This document shows positions 11,181 through 21,351 of a DNA stretch of 32,000 bases, in pieces. How positions within the stretch are numbered: the stretch's first letter is position 1; every line of letters starts with the position of its first letter. The notes beneath the pieces were generated by a model. The model searched no databases and had not been told where the DNA came from. It saw only the letters and a list, made by a program, of their open reading frames with translations. A program made the translations under genes and the position numbers. Source of the DNA: Alkalilimnicola ehrlichii MLHE-1. Lineage in GTDB: Bacteria; Pseudomonadota; Gammaproteobacteria; Nitrococcales; Halorhodospiraceae. The stretch is taken from NCBI RefSeq assembly GCF_000014785.1, contig NC_008340.1:2970001-3002000 (forward strand), given 5' to 3'.

Positions 11181-11242
11181 ATCTCCGCTCGTCGCCTCCC
11201 CCATTCATTCTGAAAGCCGGCCCCGCCGGCTGTTGGTGCTGC

Positions 11243-13636
11243 ATGAGCAAGAACCTGGTCATCGTCGAGTCCCCCGCCAAGGCCAAGACCATCAACAAGT
11301 ACCTGGGCAAGGACTACAAGGTGCTGGCCTCCTACGGCCATGTGCGCGATCTGGTGCCCAAGGAGGGGGCGGTGGACCCGGAGCATGGCTTTGCCATGAA
11401 GTACACCACCATCGACAAAAACGCCAAGCACGTGGACACCATCGCCAAGGCGATGAAGCAGGCCGACGCCCTCTATCTGGCCACGGACCCCGACCGCGAG
11501 GGTGAGGCCATCTCCTGGCACCTCTACGAGCTGCTCAAAGAGAAGGGGGCCCTGAAGGACAAACCGGTCTACCGGGTGGTGTTCCACGAGATCACCCCGC
11601 GCGCCATCCGCGAGGCCATGGAGCACCCGCGGGAGCTGTCCACCCCGCTGATCAACGCCCAGCAGGCGCGCCGCGCGCTGGACTACCTGGTGGGCTTCAA
11701 CCTCTCGCCGCTGCTCTGGAAGAAGATCGCCACCGGGCTGTCCGCCGGCCGGGTGCAGAGCCCCGCGCTGCGCATGATCGTGGAGCGCGAGGAGGAGATC
11801 GAGAAATTCATCTCCCGCGAGTACTGGACTGTGGAGGCCGACCTGGCCAGGAACGGTGAGGCGTTCCCCGGGCGCCTGCACACCCTGGACGGCCAGCGGG
11901 TCAAGCAGTTTGATATCGACAACGGTGAACGGGCGCGCGAGGTGGAGCACCAGCTTGCCCGGGCGGCTGGCATGGCGTTGAGCAAGAGCCATATCGACGC
12001 CGGCGAGGGGGAGAGCCCGGTCCAGAGCCCCGGCACGGTCCAGGTCACCCAGGTGGAGAAGAAGCAGCGCCGGCGCAACCCGGCCGCGCCCTTCACCACC
12101 TCCACCCTGCAACAGGAGGCCGCACGCAAGCTCGGTTTCACCGCCAACCGCACCATGCGCGTGGCCCAGCAGCTCTATGAGGGCATCGACATCGGCGGTG
12201 GGGTGACCGGTCTGATCACCTACATGCGGACCGACTCGGTCAACCTCTCCCAGGAGGCGGTGGCGGACCTGCGCGACACCATCGCCAAACGCTACGGCGA
12301 GGACCGGCTGCCCAAGGCGCCCCAGGTCTACCGCACCAAGTCCAAGAATGCCCAGGAGGCCCACGAGGCCATCCGGCCCACCGGCGCCTTCCGCCTGCCG
12401 GAGGAGGTGCGCGGCAAGCTCAGCGACGACCAATTCCGGCTCTACGAGCTGATCTGGAAGCGCGCGGTGGCCTGCCAGATGATCCCGGCGCTGATCAACA
12501 CCGTTGCGGTGGACCTGGCCTGCGGCGAAGGCAACAGCTTCCGTGCCACCGGGTCCACCATTGCGGAGCCCGGCTTCATGGCGGTCTACCTGGAAGGCAC
12601 CGACGACCGCAAGCCCGACGTGGGCAGCAGCGAGCGCATTCTGCCCCCGCTCAAGGAGGGCGATAAGGTGGCCCTGGAGCGCATCAAGCCCGAACAGCAC
12701 TTCACCGAGCCGCCGCCCCGTTACACCGAGGCCAGCCTGGTCCGCGCACTGGAAGAGTACGGCATCGGGCGCCCCTCCACCTATGCGGCGATCATCTCCA
12801 CCCTGCAGCAGCGCAAGTACGTGGAGCTGGACGGCAAGCGCTTCCGGCCCACCGACATCGGCCGGGTGGTCAATCGCTTCCTGACCGATCACTTCGACCG
12901 CTACGTGGATTACGATTTCACCGCCCGGCTGGAGGACGATCTGGACGCCGTCTCCCGTGGCGAGCGCGATTGGGTGCCGCTGCTGGAGGAGTTCTGGCAG
13001 CCCTTCAAGGACAAGGTGGATGAGAAGGCGACCATCTCCCGCGAGGAGGTGATGCAGAGCCGCGACTTGGGCACCGACCCCAAGACCGGCAAGCCGGTCA
13101 GTGTCCGGGTGGGTCGTTTCGGGCCCTTTGTGCAACTGGGCACCAAGGACGATGAGGAAAAGCCCCGTTTCGCCGGTCTGCGCCCGGGCCAGAGTATGGA
13201 CAAGATCACCCTCGAGGAGGCCCTGGAGCTGTTCAAGCTGCCCCGCGACATGGGCGAGACCCCCGAGGGCGAGCCCATGCAGGTGAACATCGGCCGCTTC
13301 GGGCCCTACGTGCGCTTCGGCAATAAGTTTGTCTCCATCAAGGACGACGACCCCTACACCATCAGCCGTGAGCGCTGCCTGGAGCTGGTTGAGGAGAAGA
13401 AGCGCATCGAACGCGAGCGCACGATCCGCGACTTTGAAGGCAGCGACATCCGCATCCTCAAGGGGCGCTACGGGCCCTATATCACCAATGGCAAGAAGAA
13501 CGCTCGCATCCCCAAGGACCGCGAACCCGAATCGCTGGGCCTGGAGGAGTGCGAGGAACTGATCGCCAAAGCGCCCGAGCGCAAGGGCCGCCGGCGCACC
13601 GGTGGCACCGGCCGTAAACGCAGCACCAAGGCCTGA
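11243..13636 (+). CDS. topA: DNA topoisomerase I (type IA) with a cysteine-poor, repeat-type C-terminal domain
   Basis: 797-aa ORF. Toprim N-terminus MSKNLVIVESPAKAKTINKYLG. Active-site region GLITYMRTDS. The C-terminus carries GRFGPF / GRFGPY / GRYGPY repeats and a basic tail. Confidence 0.95.
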   Translation: MSKNLVIVESPAKAKTINKYLGKDYKVLASYGHVRDLVPKEGAVDPEHGFAMKYTTIDKNAKHVDTIAKAMKQADALYLATDPDREGEAISWHLYELLKEKGALKDKPVYRVVFHEITPRAIREAMEHPRELSTPLINAQQARRALDYLVGFNLSPLLWKKIATGLSAGRVQSPALRMIVEREEEIEKFISREYWTVEADLARNGEAFPGRLHTLDGQRVKQFDIDNGERAREVEHQLARAAGMALSKSHIDAGEGESPVQSPGTVQVTQVEKKQRRRNPAAPFTTSTLQQEAARKLGFTANRTMRVAQQLYEGIDIGGGVTGLITYMRTDSVNLSQEAVADLRDTIAKRYGEDRLPKAPQVYRTKSKNAQEAHEAIRPTGAFRLPEEVRGKLSDDQFRLYELIWKRAVACQMIPALINTVAVDLACGEGNSFRATGSTIAEPGFMAVYLEGTDDRKPDVGSSERILPPLKEGDKVALERIKPEQHFTEPPPRYTEASLVRALEEYGIGRPSTYAAIISTLQQRKYVELDGKRFRPTDIGRVVNRFLTDHFDRYVDYDFTARLEDDLDAVSRGERDWVPLLEEFWQPFKDKVDEKATISREEVMQSRDLGTDPKTGKPVSVRVGRFGPFVQLGTKDDEEKPRFAGLRPGQSMDKITLEEALELFKLPRDMGETPEGEPMQVNIGRFGPYVRFGNKFVSIKDDDPYTISRERCLELVEEKKRIERERTIRDFEGSDIRILKGRYGPYITNGKKNARIPKDREPESLGLEECEELIAKAPERKGRRRTGGTGRKRSTKA

Positions 13637-13712
13637 CCGCCCCTGCTGGCCGACGCGGCCCCTACCCCCGGGGCGCGCCGGGCCAGCGGGGCCGCTTGAG
13701 AACGCGACACCG

Positions 13713-14285
13713 ATGCCGACTGAAACGACCCCGCGCTTTCGCATCCGCCAGTGCGCCGCCCGCCTGCAGGCGGGCGGCGTGGTGGCCTACCCCACCGAGG
13801 CGGTTTACGGCCTGGGCTGCGACCCGGGCGACCCGGCCGCGGTGGCCACGCTGCTCACCCTCAAGCGCCGCGACCCGGGCAAGGGGCTCATCCTGATCGC
13901 CAGCCGGGTGAGCCAACTGTCGCCCTGGCTGGGCGACGCCCCCCTCCCCCAGGCCGTACTGGCGAGCTGGCCCGGCCCCAACACCTGGCTTTTGCCCGCC
14001 GCGCCCCACACCCCGGCCTGGATCACCGGTGGTCGGGCCAAGGTCGCCGTGCGGGTCACCGCGCATCCCGTGGCCGCCGCCCTGTGTGAGGCCTTCGGTG
14101 GCGCCATCGTCTCCACCAGTGCCAACCGCGATGGCCAGCCCCCGGCCCGCAGCGCCACCCAGGTGCGAACCCGCCTGGGCGCCGAGGCCGCCGAGCTGGC
14201 CGACATCCTCCCCGGCCCGGTGGACCGCAGCGCCCGTCCCACCGCCATCCGCGACGCCGAGAGCGGTGCGGTCATCCGCGCCTGA
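13713..14285 (+). CDS. tsaC: L-threonylcarbamoyladenylate synthase type 1 TsaC (YrdC)
   Basis: Trimmed to the ATG at 13713, giving 190 aa. Motif GGVVAYPTEAVYGLGCDP. The short single-domain length fits TsaC rather than Sua5. Confidence 0.9.
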   Translation: MPTETTPRFRIRQCAARLQAGGVVAYPTEAVYGLGCDPGDPAAVATLLTLKRRDPGKGLILIASRVSQLSPWLGDAPLPQAVLASWPGPNTWLLPAAPHTPAWITGGRAKVAVRVTAHPVAAALCEAFGGAIVSTSANRDGQPPARSATQVRTRLGAEAAELADILPGPVDRSARPTAIRDAESGAVIRA

Positions 14286-15860
<1,575 letters not shown>

Positions 15861-15878
15861 CGGCAGCGAGGCCCACTG

Positions 15879-16334
15879 ATGACGACGCCAACCTGGAAAC
15901 GCCCGGACGGCCAGCCCACGCTGTCGCTGGAGACCATCGAGAGCGTGGTACGGGCCTTCTACGCCCGGGCCCGGACCCATCCGGACCTGGCCGAGGCCTT
16001 CGCCCAGGTGGACGATTGGGACGAGCACATCGCGCGCATCACCCACTTCTGGTGGCTGAGCCTGGGGGGCCGGCGCTACCGTCCCGATCGCTTCCACGTG
16101 GGGCCGAAACACGTGGCCCTGGGGGTGACCGGTCGGCAGGTGGACGCCTGGTTGGGGCTGTTTGAGGAGACTCTAACGCAGCACATCGACGACGAGCAGG
16201 CCCGCGCCGACTGGCTGCAGCGCGCCCGCCACATGGGCCGCAGCATCCGCGAGCTGAGCGAATTCTACCGGCAGCGCGCCCGGCGCACGGATGACCCCCA
16301 TTTGCATCAGAGGCCGGCCGTGCGCCGCGACTGA
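15879..16334 (+). CDS. Truncated-hemoglobin-like (group III-like globin fold) protein
   Basis: 151-aa ORF starting 18 nt after hemF, with GCGAGG 7 nt upstream. It has a B-helix-like AFYARARTHPDLAEAF (Phe-Tyr pair), HIARITHFWWLSLGG, a candidate proximal His in GPKHVALGV, and WLGLFEETL. The call rests on remembered motif patterns only. Confidence 0.55.
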   Translation: MTTPTWKRPDGQPTLSLETIESVVRAFYARARTHPDLAEAFAQVDDWDEHIARITHFWWLSLGGRRYRPDRFHVGPKHVALGVTGRQVDAWLGLFEETLTQHIDDEQARADWLQRARHMGRSIRELSEFYRQRARRTDDPHLHQRPAVRRD

Positions 16335-16340
16335 ACCGGG

Positions 16341-17342
16341 TTACTGCTCCGCGTAGTAACGGCGCAGCACCTCCACCTCCTCGCGGGAGCCCAGCATCAG
16401 GCCGGAGCGCTGGTGCAGCGCCTCCGGCTGCAGGTCGAGGGCCCGCTCCTTGCCGGTAAAGGCCTCGCCACCCGCCTGCTCCATCAGCATGGACATGGGG
16501 TTGATCTCGTAGAGCACCCGCAGGCGACCGTTGGGCCGCTTTTCGTCCGCCGGGTAGAGGAACACCCCGCCGCGGGTGAAGATCCGGTGCAGGTCCGCCA
16601 CCATGGAGGCGATCCAGCGCATGTTGAACCGCTTGCCCCGCGGGCCCTCCTCGCCGTCCAGGCACTCCTCGATATAGCGTTTGATCGGAGCCGGCCAGAT
16701 GCGCTGGTAGGAGCAGTTGATGGCAAACTCCGCCGTCTGCTCCGGCACCTTCATCTTGGAACTGGTCAGGAACCACTCACCCTGGCCGCGATCCAGAGTG
16801 AAGGCGTAGACGCCGTCGCCCAGGGTGAGCACCAGCACCGTGCTGGGCCCGTAGACCGCGTAGCCGGCGGCCACCTGCCGATGCCCGGGCTGCAGCAGGT
16901 CCTCGTTCACCGGGTCGCGACCGGTGTCCGGGGCCGGCAGCACCGAGAAGATGGTGCCCACCGAGACGTTGACGTCGATGTTGGAGGAGCCGTCCAGCGG
17001 GTCGAACAAGAGCAGCCAGGGGCCGCGCGGCTCACCCTCGGGCAGGGTGTAGATGTCATCCTCCTCCTCGGAGGCCATACCCGCGACGGTGCCGCCCCAG
17101 TTGCAGCCCTCGATCAGGACGTCGTTGGCGAAGACGTCCAGCTTCTTCTGCTCCTCCCCCTGGACGTTGACGTTGTCGGCGGCGCCAGTCATCTCGCGCA
17201 GCGCCCCGCCGGCGACGGCGTCGGCGATCCGCCGGCAACTGTCCCCGACCTGGCGCAGCAGAAGGGCGAGGGCCTTGCCCTTTTCGTCCTGGGGACACTG
17301 TTGGGCCAGAAACCGGCCCAGGGTCATACGTGACTGATCCAT
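16341..17342 (-). CDS. fbp: Class 1 fructose-1,6-bisphosphatase
   Basis: 333-aa ORF with DPLDGSSNIDVNVSVGTIFS. AGGAG RBS upstream (caggagattcataATG). Confidence 0.95.
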   Translation of the reverse strand: MDQSRMTLGRFLAQQCPQDEKGKALALLLRQVGDSCRRIADAVAGGALREMTGAADNVNVQGEEQKKLDVFANDVLIEGCNWGGTVAGMASEEEDDIYTLPEGEPRGPWLLLFDPLDGSSNIDVNVSVGTIFSVLPAPDTGRDPVNEDLLQPGHRQVAAGYAVYGPSTVLVLTLGDGVYAFTLDRGQGEWFLTSSKMKVPEQTAEFAINCSYQRIWPAPIKRYIEECLDGEEGPRGKRFNMRWIASMVADLHRIFTRGGVFLYPADEKRPNGRLRVLYEINPMSMLMEQAGGEAFTGKERALDLQPEALHQRSGLMLGSREEVEVLRRYYAEQ

Positions 17343-17445
17343 TATGAATCTCCTGAAAATCTTTTTGCTGTCGGCCCGAACCCGGCGGCCGGTGTTGTGG
17401 TGTTTGTCGTCACCGGGAGCGGGCAGTGGTCAGCCCTCGTGGCCC

Positions 17446-18693
17446 TTACTTTAAACAAGGCACCCGCCATTGCGCCAGGGATTCCCGATAACGCTCGGCC
17501 ATATCCGCCCGCTCCAGCACCGCAGAACGGCCTAGGGCGCCCCGTTCCGCCAGGGCCCCGGGGTCTGCCAGCCAGGCGGCGGCGGTGGCGGCTACTGCCC
17601 TGGGGTCCGCTACCCGTTTCAGCGCCCCGCAGCGCTCCAGCAGGGCCGCCTCGTCGGCGAAGTTGTGCAGGTAAGGCCCGCTGAGCAGCGCCCGGCCTAG
17701 GCGGGCCGGCTCCAGCAGATTCTGGCCGCCATGCGGGATCAGGCTGCCCCCCATGAAGACGAGCTCGGCCCCCGCCATGAAGCCCTCCAGCTCGCCGAAG
17801 GTGTCGGCCAGGTAGACCGGGTCCGCCGGATCGGGCTGCTCGCCCCGGCTACGCACGGCGAAGCGGACACCGGCCTGCTGCAGTGAACGGACCAGCGCCT
17901 CGCCCCGCTGCGGGTGGCGCGGGGCGATGACCAGCAGCGGGAGCCTGTCGCCGGCCTCGCGCCAGGCAGTGGCCAGCCGGCACTCCTCATCGTCGTGGGT
18001 GGAGGCGGCCAGTACGTAAGGGCGGCCCAGATCGATGGCGCAGGGCGCGCCGCCCTCCCCGCCACCGGCGGCGAACTTGAGGTTCCCCACCACCTGGATG
18101 CGGTCCGCCGGCGCGCCCAGTTCCCGGTAGGCGGCGGCGTCCGCCTCGGAGCGGGCCAGCACCACGGTGACGCCGGCCAATGCCTCCCGGTAGAGGGCGC
18201 GGACGGGCCGGGGCGCGCGCAGGGTCCGGTGGCTGAGCCGACCGTTGACGATGGCCAGCGGCACACCGCGGCGGCGGCAGGCCGCGAACAGCTCCGGCCA
18301 GAGCTCGGTCTCCACCACGAGGCCGGCGGCCGGCCGCACGGCATCGAGAAAGCGGGCCACCGGGCGGGGCCGGTCCATCGGCAGGAAGAGCTGCTGTAGC
18401 CCGGGGATACGGCGGGCGGTCTGGCCGCCGGTGGGAGTGCTGGTGGTCAGGGTGATGGCCAGTGCCGGGTCCGCCGCCCGAATCGCCTCCAGCAGGGGCC
18501 GCACGGTGCGCACCTCGCCCACCGAGGCGGCGTGGATCCAAAGCCCGCCGGGCCTCACCCCCGCCGGGTAGCGGCCGCGGCGCTGGGCGGCGTACCCGGC
18601 CTCCCCCGCCCGGCGGCCCTCACGGGCGGCATGCCAGCGCAGCAGCGGCCAGAGCATGGCGCTCAAGGGACGGTAGAGGATCTCGCGGATCAT
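17446..18693 (-). CDS. waaA: 3-deoxy-D-manno-octulosonic acid (Kdo) transferase
   Basis: 415-aa ORF with WIHAASVGEV near the N-terminus. Glycosyltransferase family 30-like length and layout. Confidence 0.9.
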   Translation of the reverse strand: MIREILYRPLSAMLWPLLRWHAAREGRRAGEAGYAAQRRGRYPAGVRPGGLWIHAASVGEVRTVRPLLEAIRAADPALAITLTTSTPTGGQTARRIPGLQQLFLPMDRPRPVARFLDAVRPAAGLVVETELWPELFAACRRRGVPLAIVNGRLSHRTLRAPRPVRALYREALAGVTVVLARSEADAAAYRELGAPADRIQVVGNLKFAAGGGEGGAPCAIDLGRPYVLAASTHDDEECRLATAWREAGDRLPLLVIAPRHPQRGEALVRSLQQAGVRFAVRSRGEQPDPADPVYLADTFGELEGFMAGAELVFMGGSLIPHGGQNLLEPARLGRALLSGPYLHNFADEAALLERCGALKRVADPRAVAATAAAWLADPGALAERGALGRSAVLERADMAERYRESLAQWRVPCLK

Positions 18694-18730
18694 AGGCCGA
18701 TCCTACCGCAAACGGTCATGGCCGGCCGGT

Positions 18731-18948
18731 GGTGGCGGGTCGGCAGACGGGCGGGGGGTGATAGTGCGATCGTGCTCCGGATTGCGCACCCCTTCGGGGT
18801 CCCACTGCGCTACTCGCAAAAGAGCGGCGGCGCGAACTCGCTTCGCTCGGACAGGCGCGCCTTTTTTCCGCTCTTTTGCTGCGTTGCTCGGTGCGCAAAA
18901 GTCGCACGATCGCACTATCACCCCCCGCCCGTCTGCCGACCCGCCACC
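18731..18948. repeat. 218-bp MITE-like palindromic element with perfect 45-bp terminal inverted repeats
   Basis: 18731-18775 (ggtggcgggtcggcagacgggcggggggtgatagtgcgatcgtgc) is the exact reverse complement of 18904-18948. Inner symmetric blocks are 18782-18790/18890-18898 and 18816-18827/18868-18879. There is no credible coding capacity. Confidence 0.9.
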
Positions 18949-18975
18949 GCTGCCATGATCAACGACCCGCCCCGC

Positions 18976-19899
18976 CTAATCATAGAGCGGCGGCGCCCCC
19001 TCCGGGCGGGTCCGGAAGCGCTTGCGCCCCCAGAAGTACTGCTCCGGGGCCCGGCGCACCTGCGCCTCGATCAGGGCGTTGACCCGCGCCGTGTCGGCCT
19101 CCAGGTCCTCACCGGGGAAGCCCTCCAGCGGCGGGGTGATGATCACCCGGTAGCGCCCCCCCGGCTCCCGCAACTGGAAGAAGCCCAGCACCGGGGCCCC
19201 GCTCATTCGGGCCAGGCGGGAGGTGGCCGGGGTGGTACTGGCCTGGACTCCGAAGAAGGGCGCAAACACCCCCTTGCCCCTGCGCATGTTCTCGTCGGGG
19301 GCGTACCACACCGGGACGTTGTCGCGCAGGCTGCGCACCATGCTGCGCAGATCCTTGCTGCGGATGAGCTTCTTCACGTGGCGCAGGCGCGAGCGCTCGA
19401 TCAGGGTGGCGACGAAGGGGTCCTTCTCCGGCCGGTACAGGGGATGGAACCGCTGGTAAGGGATGAGCAGCCGGCAGCCCAGCTCCAGAGTGGTGAAGTG
19501 GCCGCTCAGCAGGATCGCCCCGCGCCCGGCCGACAGGGCCCGCTCCAGGTGCTCCAACCCCTCCACACGGGCGCGCCGGTGCACCCGCCAATCCGGGGCC
19601 CACCAGCCCATGGCGATCTCCACCACCCCCATACCCAGGGCCCGGAAGTGGCGCCGCGCCAGGCGCTCCCGCTCATTCGCGGACCAATCCGGGAAACACA
19701 GGGCGAGGTTCTTGCGCACGATCCGCCGCCGGCCCGGCGCCAGGAAATAACCGGCGCCGCCCAGCAGCGCGCCGAGCGCCAGGGCCAGGCCCCAGGGCAG
19801 GAAGACCAGCGCGCGCATAAAGCCCAGCGCGACCCAGTGTGGCCAGTAGCGGGGGGCCAGGAAACGGCGTTGCAGCAACGGTGGCGGGGTCTGAGACAC
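18976..19899 (-). CDS. lpxL: Lipid A biosynthesis (Kdo)2-lipid IVA acyltransferase (LpxL/HtrB family)
   Basis: 307-aa ORF with a GTG start. The N-terminus LLQRRFLAPRYWPHWVALGFMRALVFLPW resembles LpxL. It has an acyltransferase HX4E-type motif (GHFTTLELG). Which paralogue (LpxL, LpxM or LpxP) cannot be decided. Confidence 0.85.
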   Translation of the reverse strand: MSQTPPPLLQRRFLAPRYWPHWVALGFMRALVFLPWGLALALGALLGGAGYFLAPGRRRIVRKNLALCFPDWSANERERLARRHFRALGMGVVEIAMGWWAPDWRVHRRARVEGLEHLERALSAGRGAILLSGHFTTLELGCRLLIPYQRFHPLYRPEKDPFVATLIERSRLRHVKKLIRSKDLRSMVRSLRDNVPVWYAPDENMRRGKGVFAPFFGVQASTTPATSRLARMSGAPVLGFFQLREPGGRYRVIITPPLEGFPGEDLEADTARVNALIEAQVRRAPEQYFWGRKRFRTRPEGAPPLYD

Positions 19900-19943
19900 G
19901 GTGCATCCAGCGGTGGCCGGGGGGCCTGCACGGCCCCCGTAAC

Positions 19944-21329
19944 TCAGATATCGGGGACAACCTCGGCGTTGGTGTCCAACCAGGTGTTGATGGTCGCCAG
20001 ATCGGCATCGGAGAGGGTGCCGGCGAAACGCTTCAGACGCACGGTCTGCAGCAGGTAATCGTAATTCGCCTGGCGGAAGTCCTGCTCGGCGCCCAACCGG
20101 TCCTGCTGGGCATCCAACAGCTCCACCACCGTCCGCGTCCCCACCTCGAAGCCGGCCTCCACCGCCTCCAGCGCCCGCTGGGTGGAGGTGATGGCCTGCT
20201 CGAAGGCCGCCGTCCGGGCGATGGCACTGCGCACACCGCGGTAGGCGTCGGTGGCGCCGCGGACCACGGCACGGCGGGTCTCCTCGAGCTCCTCTAATGC
20301 CGTGGTGTACTGGGACTGCGCCTCGCGCACCCGGGAGCGGGTGGCGCCACCCCGGTAGAGGGGCAGGTTCAGCCGCAGCCCGATGCTCGCCTGGTCGAAC
20401 TCCTCCGGACCCCGGGGCACGCCGGTCGCGGTGGTACGGCTGCCCTGATCCACCCGCTGCACATTGCCGACCAGGTCGACCGTGGGCAGGTGCTCGGCAC
20501 GCTGGACACCGATGTTCTCCATCGCCGCCTCGGAACCGTGACGGAAGGCCAGCAGGTCCCAGTTCTGGCGCTCCGCCTGCCGCGCCCAGGCCTCGCTGTC
20601 TTCCGGCTCCGGGGACTCCAGCGGGAGCGCCTCGTCCAGCAGGGCGAGCTCACGGTGGCTGCGTCCGGTCAGCTCGCGCAGGCCCTCCCGGGCGCTGTCC
20701 AGATCCGTTTCGGCCTGCAACAGGTTGGCGTGGGAGAGATCCCGCCGGGCGCGGGCCTCTTCCACATCGGTGACCGGCGCCATCCCCACCTCGAAGCGCT
20801 GTTCCGCCTGGTCCAACTGGCGCTCGATGGCGCGCAACTCGGCGCGGGCAAAGGCCACGCCATCCAGGGCCGCCAGCACCTCAAAATAGCGCTCAGTGAC
20901 CCGAACCATCAGGTCCTGCTCGGCACTGTTGAGCCGGGCCTGGGCTTGGGCCACCTGCAGGTCCGCCTCGCGCAGGCGCAGGAAGAGGCCGTAGCGGAAG
21001 ACCGGTTGGGTGAGGTCCAGCCCGATGGCGCTGGTGGTGTAATAGTCGGTGCCCAGCTCACCGGCACCGCTGCCGCGCGGTTCGTTGCGCTCGCGGTCGG
21101 CGGAACCGAAGGCGCTCAATTCGGGCAGGAGTCCGGCACGGGCCTGGGGCACCCGCTCGCGCACGGTCTCGAGCTCCGAGCGGGCCTGGCGTAGCTGGGG
21201 GTCGCTCTCGCGCGCTTCGTGATAGACGCGCAGCAGATCGTCGGCCGCCGTGAGCGGCGGCGCCACCAGCAGGGCCACGAGCAGCAGCAACGCCAGCGCC
21301 GGACGGCCGACTCGCCGGGGCAGAGGCAT
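19944..21329 (-). CDS. tolC: Outer membrane channel protein TolC
   Basis: Trimmed to the ATG at 21329 (MPLPRRVGRPALALLLLVALLVAPPLTAADDL, a signal peptide), giving 461 aa. It shows the duplicated OEP repeat structure typical of TolC. Confidence 0.9.
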   Translation of the reverse strand: MPLPRRVGRPALALLLLVALLVAPPLTAADDLLRVYHEARESDPQLRQARSELETVRERVPQARAGLLPELSAFGSADRERNEPRGSGAGELGTDYYTTSAIGLDLTQPVFRYGLFLRLREADLQVAQAQARLNSAEQDLMVRVTERYFEVLAALDGVAFARAELRAIERQLDQAEQRFEVGMAPVTDVEEARARRDLSHANLLQAETDLDSAREGLRELTGRSHRELALLDEALPLESPEPEDSEAWARQAERQNWDLLAFRHGSEAAMENIGVQRAEHLPTVDLVGNVQRVDQGSRTTATGVPRGPEEFDQASIGLRLNLPLYRGGATRSRVREAQSQYTTALEELEETRRAVVRGATDAYRGVRSAIARTAAFEQAITSTQRALEAVEAGFEVGTRTVVELLDAQQDRLGAEQDFRQANYDYLLQTVRLKRFAGTLSDADLATINTWLDTNAEVVPDI

Positions 21330-21351
21330 AACGGACGCGAACACCCCGGGC

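Noticed and set aside
11177-13744. 855-aa minus-strand ORF antisense to topA
   Set aside because: It is a shadow ORF of topA. It has no motifs and spans the topA-tsaC spacer. The topA frame carries unmistakable Toprim and active-site motifs.
18703-18958. Two small ORFs (72 aa minus, 66 aa plus) with near-identical termini (MIVRSC..., ...HDRTITPRPSADPPP)
   Set aside because: Their similarity is a direct consequence of translating the two arms of a perfect inverted repeat. Neither has an RBS or recognisable fold motifs.
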